Source: Paraphysomonas bandaiensis (Eukaryota; Protista; Chrysophyceae). From it: a stretch of 64,000 nucleotides of DNA. The notes under the pieces are model-generated. The model made no database searches. It was not told the origin of the DNA and saw only the letters and a program-made list of their open reading frames with translations. The stretch is taken from assembly GCA_965644295.1 (NCBI GenBank), contig CBFFRP010000348.1, forward strand, positions 186,001 to 250,000, read 5' to 3'. Both the position numbers and the translations under genes were made by a program. This document shows, piece after piece, positions 49,750-63,115 of this stretch; position 1 is the first letter of the stretch, and each line of letters opens with the position of its first letter.

Positions 49750-52547
49750 ATGACAGATCAGAGTAAGCAATCATCAGGCTCCAACACTCTGAAGGTGTCT
49801 GAGAGTAGCGATGAGTTCAGTCAAGTGTATCACTATCTGTCCATGTAAGTGACAGTCCGTCACGTACATACATACACATCACCTCATGTCTCATACTCAC
49901 ACAGGTGCATTGATAAGTACGGAAGTGTTTCCGGTCTCGAGGTGTGGAAAGTAGTCAATCCAGAGACAGCGAGCATGTTCGATAAGAAGGCGGGTGGTAT
50001 GCTTCGGTTGCCGTGTTGGGTGGATACCAGCACCCTGCCTGAGGGGGATGATGTCGAGAGTGTCTGTCGACACGGGTTCAGATTCGGGAAGACATCTGGA
50101 ATGTCGTTTCGGAGTGGTAATGCTAGTTTTCCTGAAGATTGTATCTCCGGACAGTCTTTTCAAGCAATGTATTGTGAGGTTGCTGTTGGAAGGGCGTATA
50201 TCAATGACGGGGCTGTGTCGGCAAAGAAACTTCCAACCGGGTTTAATTCGTTTTACATGTCGAATGAGAAATTAGATCGGAATGATGATGGACACTTCAG
50301 TATTGCCGAGTATCAGTCTGCTGTCAATTTCGATTATCGCGATCCCAAGTACGTCCGTTATGCTCATCACTTGCTATTGCCTATATAATGTCTTTCTTAT
50401 TGTAGGGAGTACTCTCATGAATACTTTATCAGTGACCCTTCTCAAGTGTGCCCCAAGTATATTGTTCACTTCGTTTTGAACCACCATAATCCTGCCGCGC
50501 AGAGCAAGTTAGGAAGCGCCTCCAATTCTTCACTTTCAAATGAAGAAAACTATGAGTATTTTGATCCCGTTCAGTATAGGGCAGTGTCCTCGAAGGAAAA
50601 GCTGTCTAATGCACAACTCTCCAGACGGCTGATTACAATACAACAGGCCTATCAATTCGCCCAGGACGAGGCTCGTAAGGAGGACCCAGTGCTTCAGTCG
50701 AAGATAGATTGGATAGACTCTCAGCTTACTGAGATAGACGATGTTTTGAGGGCTGTGAACCTTAATTACGCAGAGATGCACGATGTTATTGTGAGTGCTT
50801 CTGAATCTGCTTTGCGTCGTTTGGAAATGCTAACAAGGGAGAAGCTAGAACTTCTTCTAAGTGTGGAGCTGGAGTTGCGTAGAGAGAAAGAAGAAATTTT
50901 GTGGGTTGAAGAATTCGTGGCACAGAAACTCAAGGCCCCAAAAAACAAACAGTTGAGCCAGGCGGAGTTGTTATCGTTTTTGCAGGCCTGGAAAAACCAC
51001 GCTATCCTGCGTAATGGTCTCAGTCGCCTCAAACCCAAGGAGACGGAGACCCTTGCTACTGTTAAGCCGGATCTAAATGTCGTTGCTAACATTGCAGTGA
51101 CAACTGGAGAAAGAAATAAACACGTCGAAAGGGGTGAAGAACAGGATGAAACGTCTGGAACACCCCAGAGAGAGTCAGCCACTCCAACTTCCAACAATGG
51201 GCAGCAGTCATTCCAGCTATACCAATTCCTCTCTGGCGTCAAGGAAAGCGGTCTGTATGGCGGAACCCCGGCTAGACCTTCCGAAATCTTGATATCTCCC
51301 GGAACACAAGCACTGGTTGATGTGAACATGTCGAAGATAGAGCACGCGCTGAGTGAAGCTCTGGATGAGGTAGGGTCGGGAAAGCGAGCAATACCGCTGC
51401 CGCAGTCGGTTACGTGGTCCGCAGTCAGCGGAGCGCCATATCCTCTTCCAGGTCCCGCTGCGACCGCACCATCTGGATATACCAGTCGGGAACTAGGTGA
51501 GGATCAGATCCAGAGACAGTTAGAAGGCCATATGAAGAACGTAATAGGACAAGGGACTTCAGAGCATAGAGGAATCGGGAGACAGACTAGCGTTGGGCAG
51601 CCCAGGGTGCAAAGCTCTACTTCGCCAATCACAAAACAATTGTCGGCCCCAGTACTTCGTACCCAGAGAACTCATGAAATCTCCCCTGCACGGAACACAG
51701 AGTTCATTGGAGTGTCGATTCCCGAGGAGGATACCTGTGATACAAACGACTTTAGCGCAAATGAAGGTGATGTCACGGCCCACTTAATGTCAGCCACAGC
51801 CCAATATCGCCCCGCTTTCTCTATTCAGGAGGGTGCAGCAAAGAGACGGAAACAACTGTCATCAACCAATTTCAATTTGACTGAAAAACATGTATTTCAT
51901 GGTAGCTCGGTTCTGACTCCGCAAGAAGCCCAGGTAGGAGCGAGATGTAATACCCTTGCTTTGTAATTGCGCTTTTATGCAGCATTTATATTTCAACATG
52001 CCTTTTTTTGCCCGTCCCCCAGAGTGCAAGCTTATATATTCAACTAGAAAGAACAATAGAGGTATAGCCCATCTATTGAAGGCAGCCGAAATGGTGGTAC
52101 GTAATGTGTTTTGCACTGGAGTTATACTTACGAATGGCGCAGTCTGCTGGCCCCGTTGTCCTTGTCTTGCAGTCTGGGCATTTTAAGTTTGGGGCATATT
52201 TGAATCAAAGTATAACTGCGACTGGCTCTTGGTCAGGAAGCCCAGCATGCTTTATATATTCCGTCACCCTTGACTTGAAGTTCCCTTATCATGGCCGCTG
52301 TCCTCCAGGGCGTGGACAATCTGACTTTCCGTGCGCATTTTTTGTAGACTACGATCATATTGAAATTGGAAATGGTGATCTGCATATTGACGAGAGCTTT
52401 ATCACTGGGTACAGTGAGCTGGAAGGGTGCTACGGCCTTGGTCTACCCAGGGGTAGTGCTGAAGCGAGTGCAATTCTGGCTGGTAGTGGTAGCTTTGAAA
52501 TTGATGATCTCGAACTCTGGTATATTGCGTCTACGTCGACTGCGTAA
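49750..52547 (+). CDS. Protein with PARP-catalytic-like N-terminal domain, EF-hand-like insert, coiled coil and C-terminal TLDc domain
   Basis: N-terminal CEVAVGRAY...LPTGFNSFY...HEYFISDPSQVCPKYIVHF (PARP-like fold pattern) with DRNDDGHFSIAEY. Coiled coil at 50650-51000. TLDc LIYST...FKFGAYL...WSGSPACFIYS...IGNGDLHIDESF...LAGSGSFEIDDLELW. Confidence 0.75.
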
Positions 52548-53528
52548 TTTTATACTTCGAAGTGGAGAATGTACTGCGAAACAGTGTTGTATATGTTATT
52601 TCTGCTGGATCCCATGCGTCAGTAGTTAAGAATGTGGTATATAGAATGTAGTGTATCTGGTAACCAATTTTAAAATGAAACTGTGAAGGGGAAGTGAAGC
52701 ATAGTTTCCATTAAAGTCATACCCAAGCATAGAACAGCCTGATAGAAGCTTTAATAGGTTACTGATAGTATATTGCTTTCGTATACTATTGCTACAAAGC
52801 GCTGACAGTTTCAGGCTGACAGAGAGAGACGCGATTCACGCCAAATTTAGAGGCAAGGTATAATCAATAGTCTATAACGCAGTTGTGCCATATCGTACAT
52901 CGTACAGATCTTATAAAATACGTTAGTATACAGCTATATATTAGCTGCCAACCTAGCTTGCTCAACTATCTTTCATTCCTGAGGCAACGATTCATGCGTA
53001 AAAGTAGCTCTAAATGCCAAGGAGTTTTACTCTTCTGAAATCAAATATAATTGCTATTATTGTTATTTGCTGTCCTAATTTCAAGAATGGACGAATCATC
53101 GCAACAAGTTGAAAGTAAATTAAGTGATATTCATCTCTGGTTGTGTGATATGCAACAGGGGACAATATATTCTATTGCAATTAATTGTAGAAATATAAAT
53201 GTTACTATAATATAATACTATTGCATTCACCAAAAGCATCTAAATTAATATATATTGATTATGGATAATCAGTTTCATCATTGTAGTGATCTACTTTTGC
53301 ACATGACAATAATAATCCACTACTCGCTGTTGATGAGTCTGGCAGTTGAATATATTGCACCCGTCCCCTACGCCTTGACGCTATATCTAACATCTAACGA
53401 TCACCCACACATTTAATTCATCATACCAAAACATGAAATTAGAATACATGAAGCAGAGAATAGTGTATAGTGTATATGGATTATGGATGTATGACGTTAC
53501 TACTTTCAACTTGAAACAATAATACAAT

Positions 53529-55340
53529 TTTGATACCTACCAAGCAATCTTTACAGACGGATCATACACGCCTGCAGCCCTCTCCCCGCGCCGCATCACA
53601 CATGTGCCCTCACGTCTAAGATGGACACATCATGGAGGAGCGGCGGTTGTCTGGCTACCCCCTGAGGACGAATGGCAGACCGGCACTACAAAAATCCTGC
53701 GCTTAGAGACACCCTTCAGCGATGTACCTGGACTTGGACCGTATGCGTACGAGCTTATGGGCGCTGCAATGGCACTAATACTATCGGCGCGGATCCATGC
53801 ACATGTGCCGATTAACACAGACTGTCGTCTGCATCCGCGCGGAAGAGGCACTTTCCACCAGACGACGAGCCCTAGGCCATCGTGCCAAGGGAGTCCTGCT
53901 CGAAAGCATTGCAGCAACCACAGATTGCACTAGGAAAGTAGCATGGGTTCGATCACACCCGGAAAGACGCGACCACCACCGACGAATCTGAATGGACATA
54001 TGAAGACAAAGGTATATACCTTGCAGACGCAATAGCTGGAGAAGACTGGCTTGAGGTTGATCGTCTACTGGGCAGACAAAACTACACTGTTTGTAACATA
54101 GAAGTAGACCAAGCCATCGAGCGAATACTCACCGCGGGCTTATGGCACTGGCGCATTTCGGGGGAACGACGGCTATTTCGTACGAGCCCCCTGCTAACAG
54201 ACTTCCAGTCCCTCCGCAGACAACGGACGCTGGAGTTCTACACTGCATACAGAGATCAACACTACGGTCACAATCCCGACAGGGCACCCAGATACTGGAC
54301 AGACAGTGGGGCAAGCAGGTGGTGGTCCAACAAAGGAAAAAGATAGCTCCCACCTACGCCAACGAGTGCTCAATGCAGCAGTGACATGGGACAAATTCTT
54401 CAGCATAGGTCGAAACCGGGCTAAAACTAAACACGGACTAGACCTGACCAAAGCCGTCTGTTTTGACTGTGGATTTAGATTGGACTCCCTCAAGCACATG
54501 TGCCTAGACTGCACATATGACGCCATCACTCAAATAAGGGAATCGGCATTTCACAACCACAAAAACGCGCTTCAAGAGGTACTGAGAAATTCGGTCTTCA
54601 AGAGACTCTCCAACCGGGCCTGGAACCCTTCCGTGCCACAGGTGGAAAGATTATGGACAGGTACCATCACCACTGCACAACTAGAGACGATTTTTGGAGA
54701 TCACATCCATCAGCCCTTGACAACCCAAGGTCTGCGCAATCTCGAAACAGCGGTCATCAGCTTGCTTCAACCGCTTTACGACGCCGCTAAATTAATGATT
54801 CAGGACCGAAGTCGACGATACATTACCTCACACAAAGGACCCCCTAGGTTACTCCCGCGACCGCGCCCGCAACACAAACGGAAATGGAAACGCCCAAGGG
54901 TGCTACGATTACTAGGAGTCCAAAGACGACCAGAGACGGGACTACCATCCACTGCAACCACATGCACCACCTCTCATGCACGCAGGAATAAAGCACCGGA
55001 CTGCTTGAAAACATCTGGTCCTCGACAAAGACGCCGTCTCCGGCAACTACACCTATGCCTGATGCCCAAGCGATGCAAGGAAACAACGACACCCTCCACC
55101 ACTCCACTCCCCTCACAGAACACACATCTAGTGCTCGGTACACTCAGGACCTTAATACAGAACCCGGTACCTCAGAGCCAGGCGGAACCGTATCCCAAGG
55201 GGAGACCCCCGGACAACACGCGCCAGTGAGTCCTCAGACACACGAGCAGGGCGAACTCACACACAACATCAAGAACGGAAGTGGTTGCACCTTGGTGCTT
55301 GCGGCGACGCACAAGCAGCTTCTGTAGCGTTAAATAGTAG
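53529..55340 (+). mobile_element. 5'-truncated, frameshifted non-LTR retrotransposon remnant (RNase H + C-terminal CCHC-type zinc knuckle)
   Basis: AIFTDGSY...GAAVV...ELMGAAMAL...INTDC...AWVRSH...GIYLADAIA (RNase H catalytic pattern across frameshifts), then CFDCGFRLDSLKHMCLDC. GC-richer than its flanks; no RT domain is retained. Confidence 0.75.
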
Positions 55341-55750
55341 GATAATAGAATTTGTGCTGATTAGTTATGGGTAGAGGCTTACTAGTAGACTAGTATTCAA
55401 CTAGCCGCTATATCGGAACGAGTTTTTAACGCCTATTGCTAAGTAAAAAGACATTCAATATAATATAGAGGGAAAATATAAAATATATATATTAGAGTCT
55501 GGTAAAGGTATAAGAATAGCTTAAGTGTGAACTAGATTTTGATTAAAAATTACATCTTCATGAAAATTTTAATTGCGAATAGTAAGACATTTCTTTTATC
55601 TAACGTGAGCCACTTTTGTAGGCAGCAGGTATTTTTCTGCCCATTCACAGCCTTATGCTTGTGTGATGCAAAGGGCACAACACTCTAAAGTAAGCAGATG
55701 TCAAGTCTATATATTAACATTCTGCTTGCTGCGTGATTACTTGGAGTGAT
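55278..55750 (+). repeat. Repeat family A fragments: 3' tail abutting the retrotransposon, plus a degenerate copy at ~55600-55750
   Basis: aagtggttgcaccttggtgcttgcggcgacgcacaagcagcttctgtagcgttaaatagtag matches 17558-17620. taacgtgagc...gcagcag..tgccca and cattctgcttgct match the other copies. Confidence 0.75.
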
Positions 55751-56129
55751 TAATGATAAATTAAATTCACACCATTCGGCATCTGTGTGGCCAACAAAAA
55801 GGCAATGCGTGAAGTGAACCTCACATGCATCACAATGACAATGCAATCATATCTGCAATGTATTGCTACGCGAGTTCTGCCTAGTCTTGTTTTTCCTCAA
55901 TATAAGGTCATTGAGATCACTATGACAACGCTCTGACACTGTTTTCCAAGTAGTAGTGTCTGGTACATTTTAGCTTTGGTGTTTTCTATTGCTTTGTGGC
56001 CTGAACCGGCTCTTGATCTCGATATCCTCAGACCAAACAATTAATGTTGATATAAAGAAATAGTAAATATAATCCAATATAAATATACCAAAAGCCTATG
56101 ACTTCGTAATGATCATCCCAATTAGTTTG

Positions 56130-56400
56130 TCAATTAATTCACAAACTTTAGAAGATAGCGCAGTTGTATTAGATTGTGATACAGATAGTGTCAATTTAGA
56201 AGGCGATGACGTGAGTTAGCAGCATTTGAGGACGATCTGACGCTCTGTACACCAGGCGCCAATCTTAGAAATCTTGAAATTTTGTCGCGTCTTGGAGAAA
56301 GAAGAAATCCAGTTTGGAAGTATTTTGGGTTCTATCCAGCTGTTGTAAGTGCAAAGAAGTATCGTACTTGCTATGATAGCGCGTGCCCTTGATGCAGAAC
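56130..56400 (+). pseudogene. Decayed transposase N-terminus with BED-finger-like start (hAT-like)
   Basis: Acidic stretch, then RRNPVWKYFGFY...C..C with stops. VWKYF is typical of the beginning of a BED zinc finger. Confidence 0.35.
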
Positions 56401-56945
56401 TACATCACTAGTTGGAATACTCTGTGATTGCATGGATCATGAGCGGGCCGGGATGCTGTAATTACTTGAAATGAAGCAAATGTTAGTAACGTGATTGATG
56501 AAGAATATATGCATGATATGATGTCCATGTGTGTATATCTGCACAGCACTGCAGCACTGTGGAGCAGGATATCCACAGCACACTGCTGCTGTATCCGTGC
56601 ACAGGCCGGATGTTTAACGGGAGAACGGCCGGCTCGTCCCGGCCTCCATCAAGTTGTATAACTGTTGTCCACCTGCATGCGTACCTGTCCACCTGTACCT
56701 CTATTGCTGTAGTTCCGTGTGCATCAATACATACACAACTCTAATATACTAGTACAGCAGTACAGCAGTACAGCCGTACCTGTACCTATAGCAGTACACC
56801 TGGCCGTACATGCTCGATTGCAGTCAGAAGACAGAAGAGCTCAACTCTGTTCGATCACTCTGAAGCAGAGGAGTGGACAGGAGAGGACCGTGTCTGAACT
56901 TTGCGTAGAACTTGCACGAGGTGTTAGTTGATATTGATTTAGAGG

Positions 56946-58790
56946 ATGTCAAAGCAAGGTGGTGTTTGTTAGTGTACTTTGAGATCACCACACTGCTCAC
57001 GTTACATGCACAGGCGAGAGACAGAAGGGCAATGCCAAAGAGAAGGACGTTCGCATGTCCAATATTGTGGCAGCGAAAGGTAATGATGTATTGTGGTTAT
57101 CGCTATAGAGTGCTCATATATAAAACAGCTGTTGCTGAGACTGTGCGGACAAGCCTTGGCCCGCGTGGTATGGATAAGATGATTCAGAAAGGTGATGGTG
57201 AAGTTCTCATTACCAACGATGGTGCAACAATATTATCTCAGCTACAAGTGTTCCACCCTACTGCCCAGATGTTAGTGCAACTGTCGAAATCCCAGGATAT
57301 AGAAGCTGGAGATGGCACGACTGGTATATGTGTTATCGCTGGATCATTGCTCTCTGCATGCTCAGAATTACTGTCCAAGGGAATCCATCCCACGATGATT
57401 GCAGAAGCATTTAAAGATGCTGCAGCTAAAGCTGCTGAAATATTGGTCGGTATTGCACGTCCCATTGATCTTCTCGATCGAGAAAAGGTCTTGGACACTG
57501 TCAATACCTGCCTTTCCTCGAAGGTTGTGCACCATCACGCAGACGTGTTGTCTCCAATTGCAGTAGATGCTGTGCTTAGTGTTATTGACCCTCATACCGC
57601 TACCAATGTTGATCTTGATGATGTTAAAATTGTTAAACAAGTCGGTGGTACGATGGATGACTCCGAGTTAGTCCGCGGATTGGTGCTACAACGTGGAGCT
57701 AAACATACGGCGAATGGGCCTACTAGGATGGAGAACGCGAAAATTGCACTAATTCAATTCTGCCTCTCTGCTCCAAAGACAGATATGGAGAACAACGTGG
57801 TAGTATCCGATTACGCTGCCATGGATCGCATCCTACGTGAAGAGAGAAAATATATTCTTGGACTCTGTAAGAAGATAAAGAAGACAGGATGTAATGTCTT
57901 GCTAATTCAAAAATCTATCTTGCGGGATGCATACAATGACCTCGCCCTACATTTTCTTGCTAAGCTGGATATTATGGTTGTCACTGACATAGAACGTAGC
58001 GACATTGATTTCATCTCGCGTACTCTTAAAGTACTCCCTGTTGCGCACGTCGACCACTTTTCCCCCAACAAGCTCGGGTCTGCAGGCCTGGTACAAGAGA
58101 TCTCTATAGGCGGTAGCTCCTCCAGAGTCGTCAAATTTAGCGACATAGTAAACATGGGTCGCACAGTAACTGTTCTTATGCGCGGGAGCAATAAGTTGGT
58201 TCTGGACGGTAATAGGATATGAAAATGTCATACACTTTTTATTTTACTCGCCCTGTACTTATATTTAGAGGCGGATCGCTCACTTCACGATGCTCTTTGT
58301 GTGGTTCGGTCCCTTGTCAAAAAGAGGTGTGCTAAGCCTGTGTGTATCTGTCTTGTGTTTACGATAGTGGTGCATCAGGTACATGATTGCTGGTGGTGGA
58401 GCCGGAGAGGCAGAGTGCGCCCTGCGACTTACACAGTGGAGTAAGACACTGACCGGAGTGCGCGCATACTGTGCCCGTGCCTTTGCAGAGGTTGTGAATT
58501 TTCTTCTTGTTCTACTTTCCTTCACACACGTTACACAGGCTCTTGAAATCATACCCTACACCCTGGCGGAGAATGCCGGTATCAACCCTATCGCACTTGT
58601 CACTGAACTCCGCAACCGTCATAACCAGGGCGAGACATCTGCAGGTATTGACGTACGTCGCGGAGCCATATCTGACATGTGGGAAGAGCATGTGGTGCAA
58701 CCACTCCTCGTCAACCTGTCAGAAATCGGACTCTCTACTGAATGTGTTGGAATGATATTGAAAATTGATGATTTAATTCCAGTCAGATAG
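56946..58790 (+). CDS. CCT4: T-complex protein 1 subunit delta
   Basis: Spliced [45 protein letters not shown]...GDGTT...[36 protein letters not shown]...[10 protein letters not shown] (delta-specific)...ILKIDD. Confidence 0.96.
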
Positions 58791-59554
58791 ACACGTGCTT
58801 TCTGCGGTTGCCGATCGATATAGTGTAGCACTACAACTCACGTAGTGACGTTAAAATCCAAGTTAAGCAATAATTTGTTTGTTACAGTACTTGTTGGTAT
58901 TTTAAATTGTCTTTGTTGTAATGTTATAATCTGAGGGCAGATCACCAATCGAAAAGCATAAATAATATGTATAGAGACTTACATACGTCTAACAGGGCTA
59001 CGTATCACTTTGTTATCATGTTGGAATACGTATGTTCTCTAAGGCAGGCTATAGTCAATAGCAATTATTAGTAGGCAAAGAACTTCCATTTTTCTTTGAG
59101 GTTCCTAGCTAGAGTGAATTTGGTAGAGATTTCGAGATTCTTAGCATAAAATTAATGGGTTGTTATTTATTAGCGTTGCAATAATTCAATTGAAACTTGA
59201 AACAGCAAATAACATTTATATTAGACTACAGTTTGCACCAACTAATTATTACGACTTATGACATTATTACGGCGAAGGCAACTTTTACTTAACTAAATGT
59301 TCCTCTAAAACTTAGACTTGTGTAGTACGTAAGCAGAAGACTCGAAGCTAGGCAATATATTATTTGCCCATATCATAGCTTTTGGACCCTCGTCGAGCTC
59401 GTAATATAAGATGCACGTAGTTTACTAAATCTATTCAAGACACCCATCAACAAATTCTTGCTCTGATGGTCTAGAAATAGTCACAACATCGTTTGCGCTA
59501 AAACAGAAAAGAAAAATGCATATAACAATGATATCCCCTTATTTAGTGAGTACA

Positions 59555-60102
59555 TTATGCGGAAATTTCAGTCAACTTCTTCGTAACAATTTCTGTCTTC
59601 TGCTTCTTGGCTATCATGACCTTGAAGCGGTCAAAGTCGGACAGAGAAGCACGGCGCTTCTTGGTCGCCAATTTCTTCGCCCAAGAAGTTGACTCCCAAG
59701 CAGCAAGAATGCCCTGATCCTGGGAAAAAATAATTAGAGAGACGTAACAACAACATCACCATCATACCTCCCATGCAGCCACAATCTTCTTCTCTTTGGC
59801 GTTGCGAGGGATTTTGGCAACAAAATCAGTTAGAGAGAGTCTCTTAGTAGTCATCACTTGACGATGAATGCCAGTTTTCTCACGAGGACCATCAACAAGC
59901 ACCTAATATATATTAAAAATATAGAATGACATGCGCCAGCAACATACTCTGTTGTTATCGATCATGTCAATAATGGTGCACAACTTTCCGGCATCAGGAC
60001 CGTAGTTGATTAAAGCCACGCGGCCAACTTCCACAAATCTAGTGAATCCCTATGAATCCATTAATCTCATAGAGACGACAACGTGTGATATATACTCACC
60101 AT
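59555..60102 (-). CDS. RPL14: 60S ribosomal protein L14 (eL14), 4 exons, first exon ATG only
   Basis: [41 protein letters not shown]...LSLTDF...[24 protein letters not shown]. Missed by the ORF track. Confidence 0.95.
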
Positions 60103-60454
60103 TCTATACCAAATAAGAGAATACCAAACTTTGATTAATTGCCAGCGTTGCAGTCTCTTGCTTCAGTTCTCAAGAGGGTTTTTCTCTCTCAAGCGGTGCA
60201 GGGTGTGATATGATAATAACCACTGATCAACCAATACGATCAGGGGGCAGTATCTTGAATCGTAAGAACTGAAAATATGGGACTACTATTTTTTTACTGA
60301 ATAAAACTCTAAACTGAAAAAATAGTATCTTTGACAGTCACGGAGGTATGGTGTGTGGTGGTGATAGTTATGTTGTGTGACTTATAGTGGAAGACATATT
60401 GAGATAAGTCCATAAAGTTGGTTTAGTTATATTGCTGGATAGTTACTAGGAAAT
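60103..60454. promoter_or_regulatory. Probable bidirectional promoter between RPL14 and RPL5
   Basis: 352 bp separate the divergent ATGs of two large-subunit ribosomal protein genes. Contains a small inverted repeat tactattttt / aaaaatagta near 60284-60327. Confidence 0.6.
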
Positions 60455-61493
60455 ATGGTGAGTATATCAGTATCTTCAGCTTCTGAGTGAATTGTCTTAT
60501 CATTTTATCCTTTAGCCGTTTGTTAAGGTCATCAAGACTAAGCAGTACTTCAAGAGGTACCAGGTCAAGTTTCGCAGAAGGCGAGGTGTGTTTGCCTCTC
60601 TCATACTTATCATCTTTGTCCTTATAATTTGATTTAATTTAGAGGGAAAGACCGACTACCGTCAGCGTCATAAGCTCATCACTCAGGACAAGAACAAGTA
60701 CAAGTCTCCTAAGTACCGCCTTGTCGTGAGAATCACCAACAGATACGTCATCTGCCAGATTGTCTACGCCGAGATTGATGGAGACAAGGTGCTCTGTGCT
60801 GCTCACTCTAAGGAGCTCGAGAGATACGGATTGACCGTTGGTCTGAAGAACTACTCTGCCGCATACTGCACTGGTCTTCTTCTTGCCAGACGTCTTCTGA
60901 AGAAGATTGGCCTTGACGAGACCTACGAGGGTGTGGAGGAGGTTGCCGGCGAGGCTATCTCTACCAAGCACGGAGGAAAGACCTACTACGTGGAGGAGGT
61001 TGATGACGAGAAGAGACCCTTCCGTGCTCTTCTCGACGTCGGAACCAAGAACACCACTACTGGTGCTCGTATTTTCGGCGCAATGAAGGGCGCCAGCGAT
61101 GGTGGTCTTGACATTCCCCACAGTGAGAAGCGTTTCCCTGGTTACGCTCGTGATACCAAGGAGTTCGACGCTGAGACTCACAAGTCTCGCATTATGGGTG
61201 AGCATATTGCTGATTACATGCGTGAGATGGAGGAGGACGACGAGGAGATGTACCAGAAGCACTTCGCTAAGTACATTGCCGCTGGTATCGACGCTGATGA
61301 AATCGAGTCCCTTTACGAGAAGGTCCACGAGGCTATCCGCGCCAATCCTGAGCATGTTCCTGCCCCCAAGTTCACTGCTATTGACAAGAGCTTCAAGAAG
61401 GCCGGCAAGAAGTCCCATGCCCAGAGAAAGGCTGATGCCGCTGCAAAGAAGGCTGCCCTCAAGGCCGCTGACGAAGATGAGGAGGAGGATTAA
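60455..61493 (+). CDS. RPL5: 60S ribosomal protein L5 (uL18), 3 exons, first exon ATG only
   Basis: [30 protein letters not shown]...QDKNKYKSPKYRLVVRITN...GLKNYSAAYCTGLLLARR...GASDGGLDIPHSEKRFPGY. Confidence 0.97.
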
Positions 61494-63115
61494 TTTCTCT
61501 ATTCATTACAGTAACTAAACCAGCATTTCGTTTAATCTGTTTTCTCTGTTCTCTGTGTTTTTACCGTTGTACGTTGTACACAACTAGCGTGGTCTGTAGT
61601 TTTAATAGCAAACGGTGTAGCTTGCCGCAGTTTGACAAGTCCATTTTACCCCTGCTCAATATTTTGTATAAGTACAGTTGAAAGTATCAGGGCTAGTTGC
61701 CGTAAACGAAATTTGCAATAAAGTTATTAAGCATGTAGCTTTATATATATGAGCTGCCAACATGTCTAGTTTTAGGTTTTAGCTGTTGCTTCACTATCAT
61801 TTCGTTCCAGAGGCGACGATTTATGCGTAAAAACACAAGCAGCTCTTGCGTAATTTAGTCATAACAATCGAATAGTTTGTTCTACTGAATAATCTTTCAA
61901 CCTTATTGGTTGTGGCTTGTGGCATACAAGTGCTTCGTGCTGCTTTTAACTTTTAAGGCTTGCTTGCTTTTTCATGCTGTCCCAACTTCAATTATTGCAA
62001 AGCCAATAGTTGACAAGTAATTGCATATAATTGTTGCGCATCCCCGGAAAGTATACTGCACACTGTTCTATAGAAGTTAATCTATAGATTAAAATTTCAA
62101 ATTAGAAGTTAAAATAGAACTAACTCTTATATATCTACTTGGTGTTTTCTTGAACTCGTAGTTGCTTGTACTTCTTTAACAAAGCCATATTCTACAGAAG
62201 TGTATACACTAGGCACTTGATTACATGCTCCTTGAAATGATTAAACGAGCACAATTATATATATTAAATTCAACTAGCCACTACATTGGTGCCGATGTTT
62301 AACGCCTATTGCTAAATAATAAGACTTTCAATTCATATAGTACATGATACTGAAATTGCAACTTTCTATTATAGGAAGTACAAGTGCATTTCACAGAGTA
62401 ATTTCACTAGATGAAGCAAACTTATATTGCATTCGAAACGTAACGTTGATCTCCTCTATTTATCTATCTGCGTTGCTATGTTACCATAGAATTTCATCTA
62501 CTCAAACTAAGGCATTTCCATTTACTACAAAGAACAATAACGCTGTGGATGTGCAACTCACATAATATTAGATTCTATGTTTTGGCTTTCAGAAATAGAA
62601 CCATATTTTTTTACTGATGATTTCCCCTGTCACAAGAGAGTTATTATTCACCGATTCCTCATGCTTATAAGCAGTTGCACGATCGTCTAACACGCCACCC
62701 ACCGTCTATCTGGTATAGCAGACTAGAGTGGGAAGAAATGCAGTGTGCAGGTGACGCCATGACGTATCCTGTACTGGGAAACTAGGAATCCACTAATGCG
62801 GAGGACATGATCTGATGATGCCTGCTGATCATCAAGATACAGGCCAAGGAGCGGATCTGTGGTATACATTGCGTATATAGACTGTATACCTGGAGTTGGT
62901 ATCCGATATACGGTAGAGTATTCATCGTATACCAGTATGTGCTGTATACCAGTGGTATAGAACTATACCGTATACGGGTCAGAAGAGACCACTGAAAGGG
63001 GCCGGAACAGGTGCGTCCATGACAGCACTTCCATGAGGCACTGTGGGTCATACACAGCAGACTATCGGCTCCACGAAGTGCGATGAACCATCGCGCCACC
63101 GCCTTTTCGTTATTA

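Noticed and set aside
60639-61418. 259-aa antisense ORF over RPL5
   Set aside because: A shadow of strong codon bias in a highly expressed gene; no recognisable motifs.
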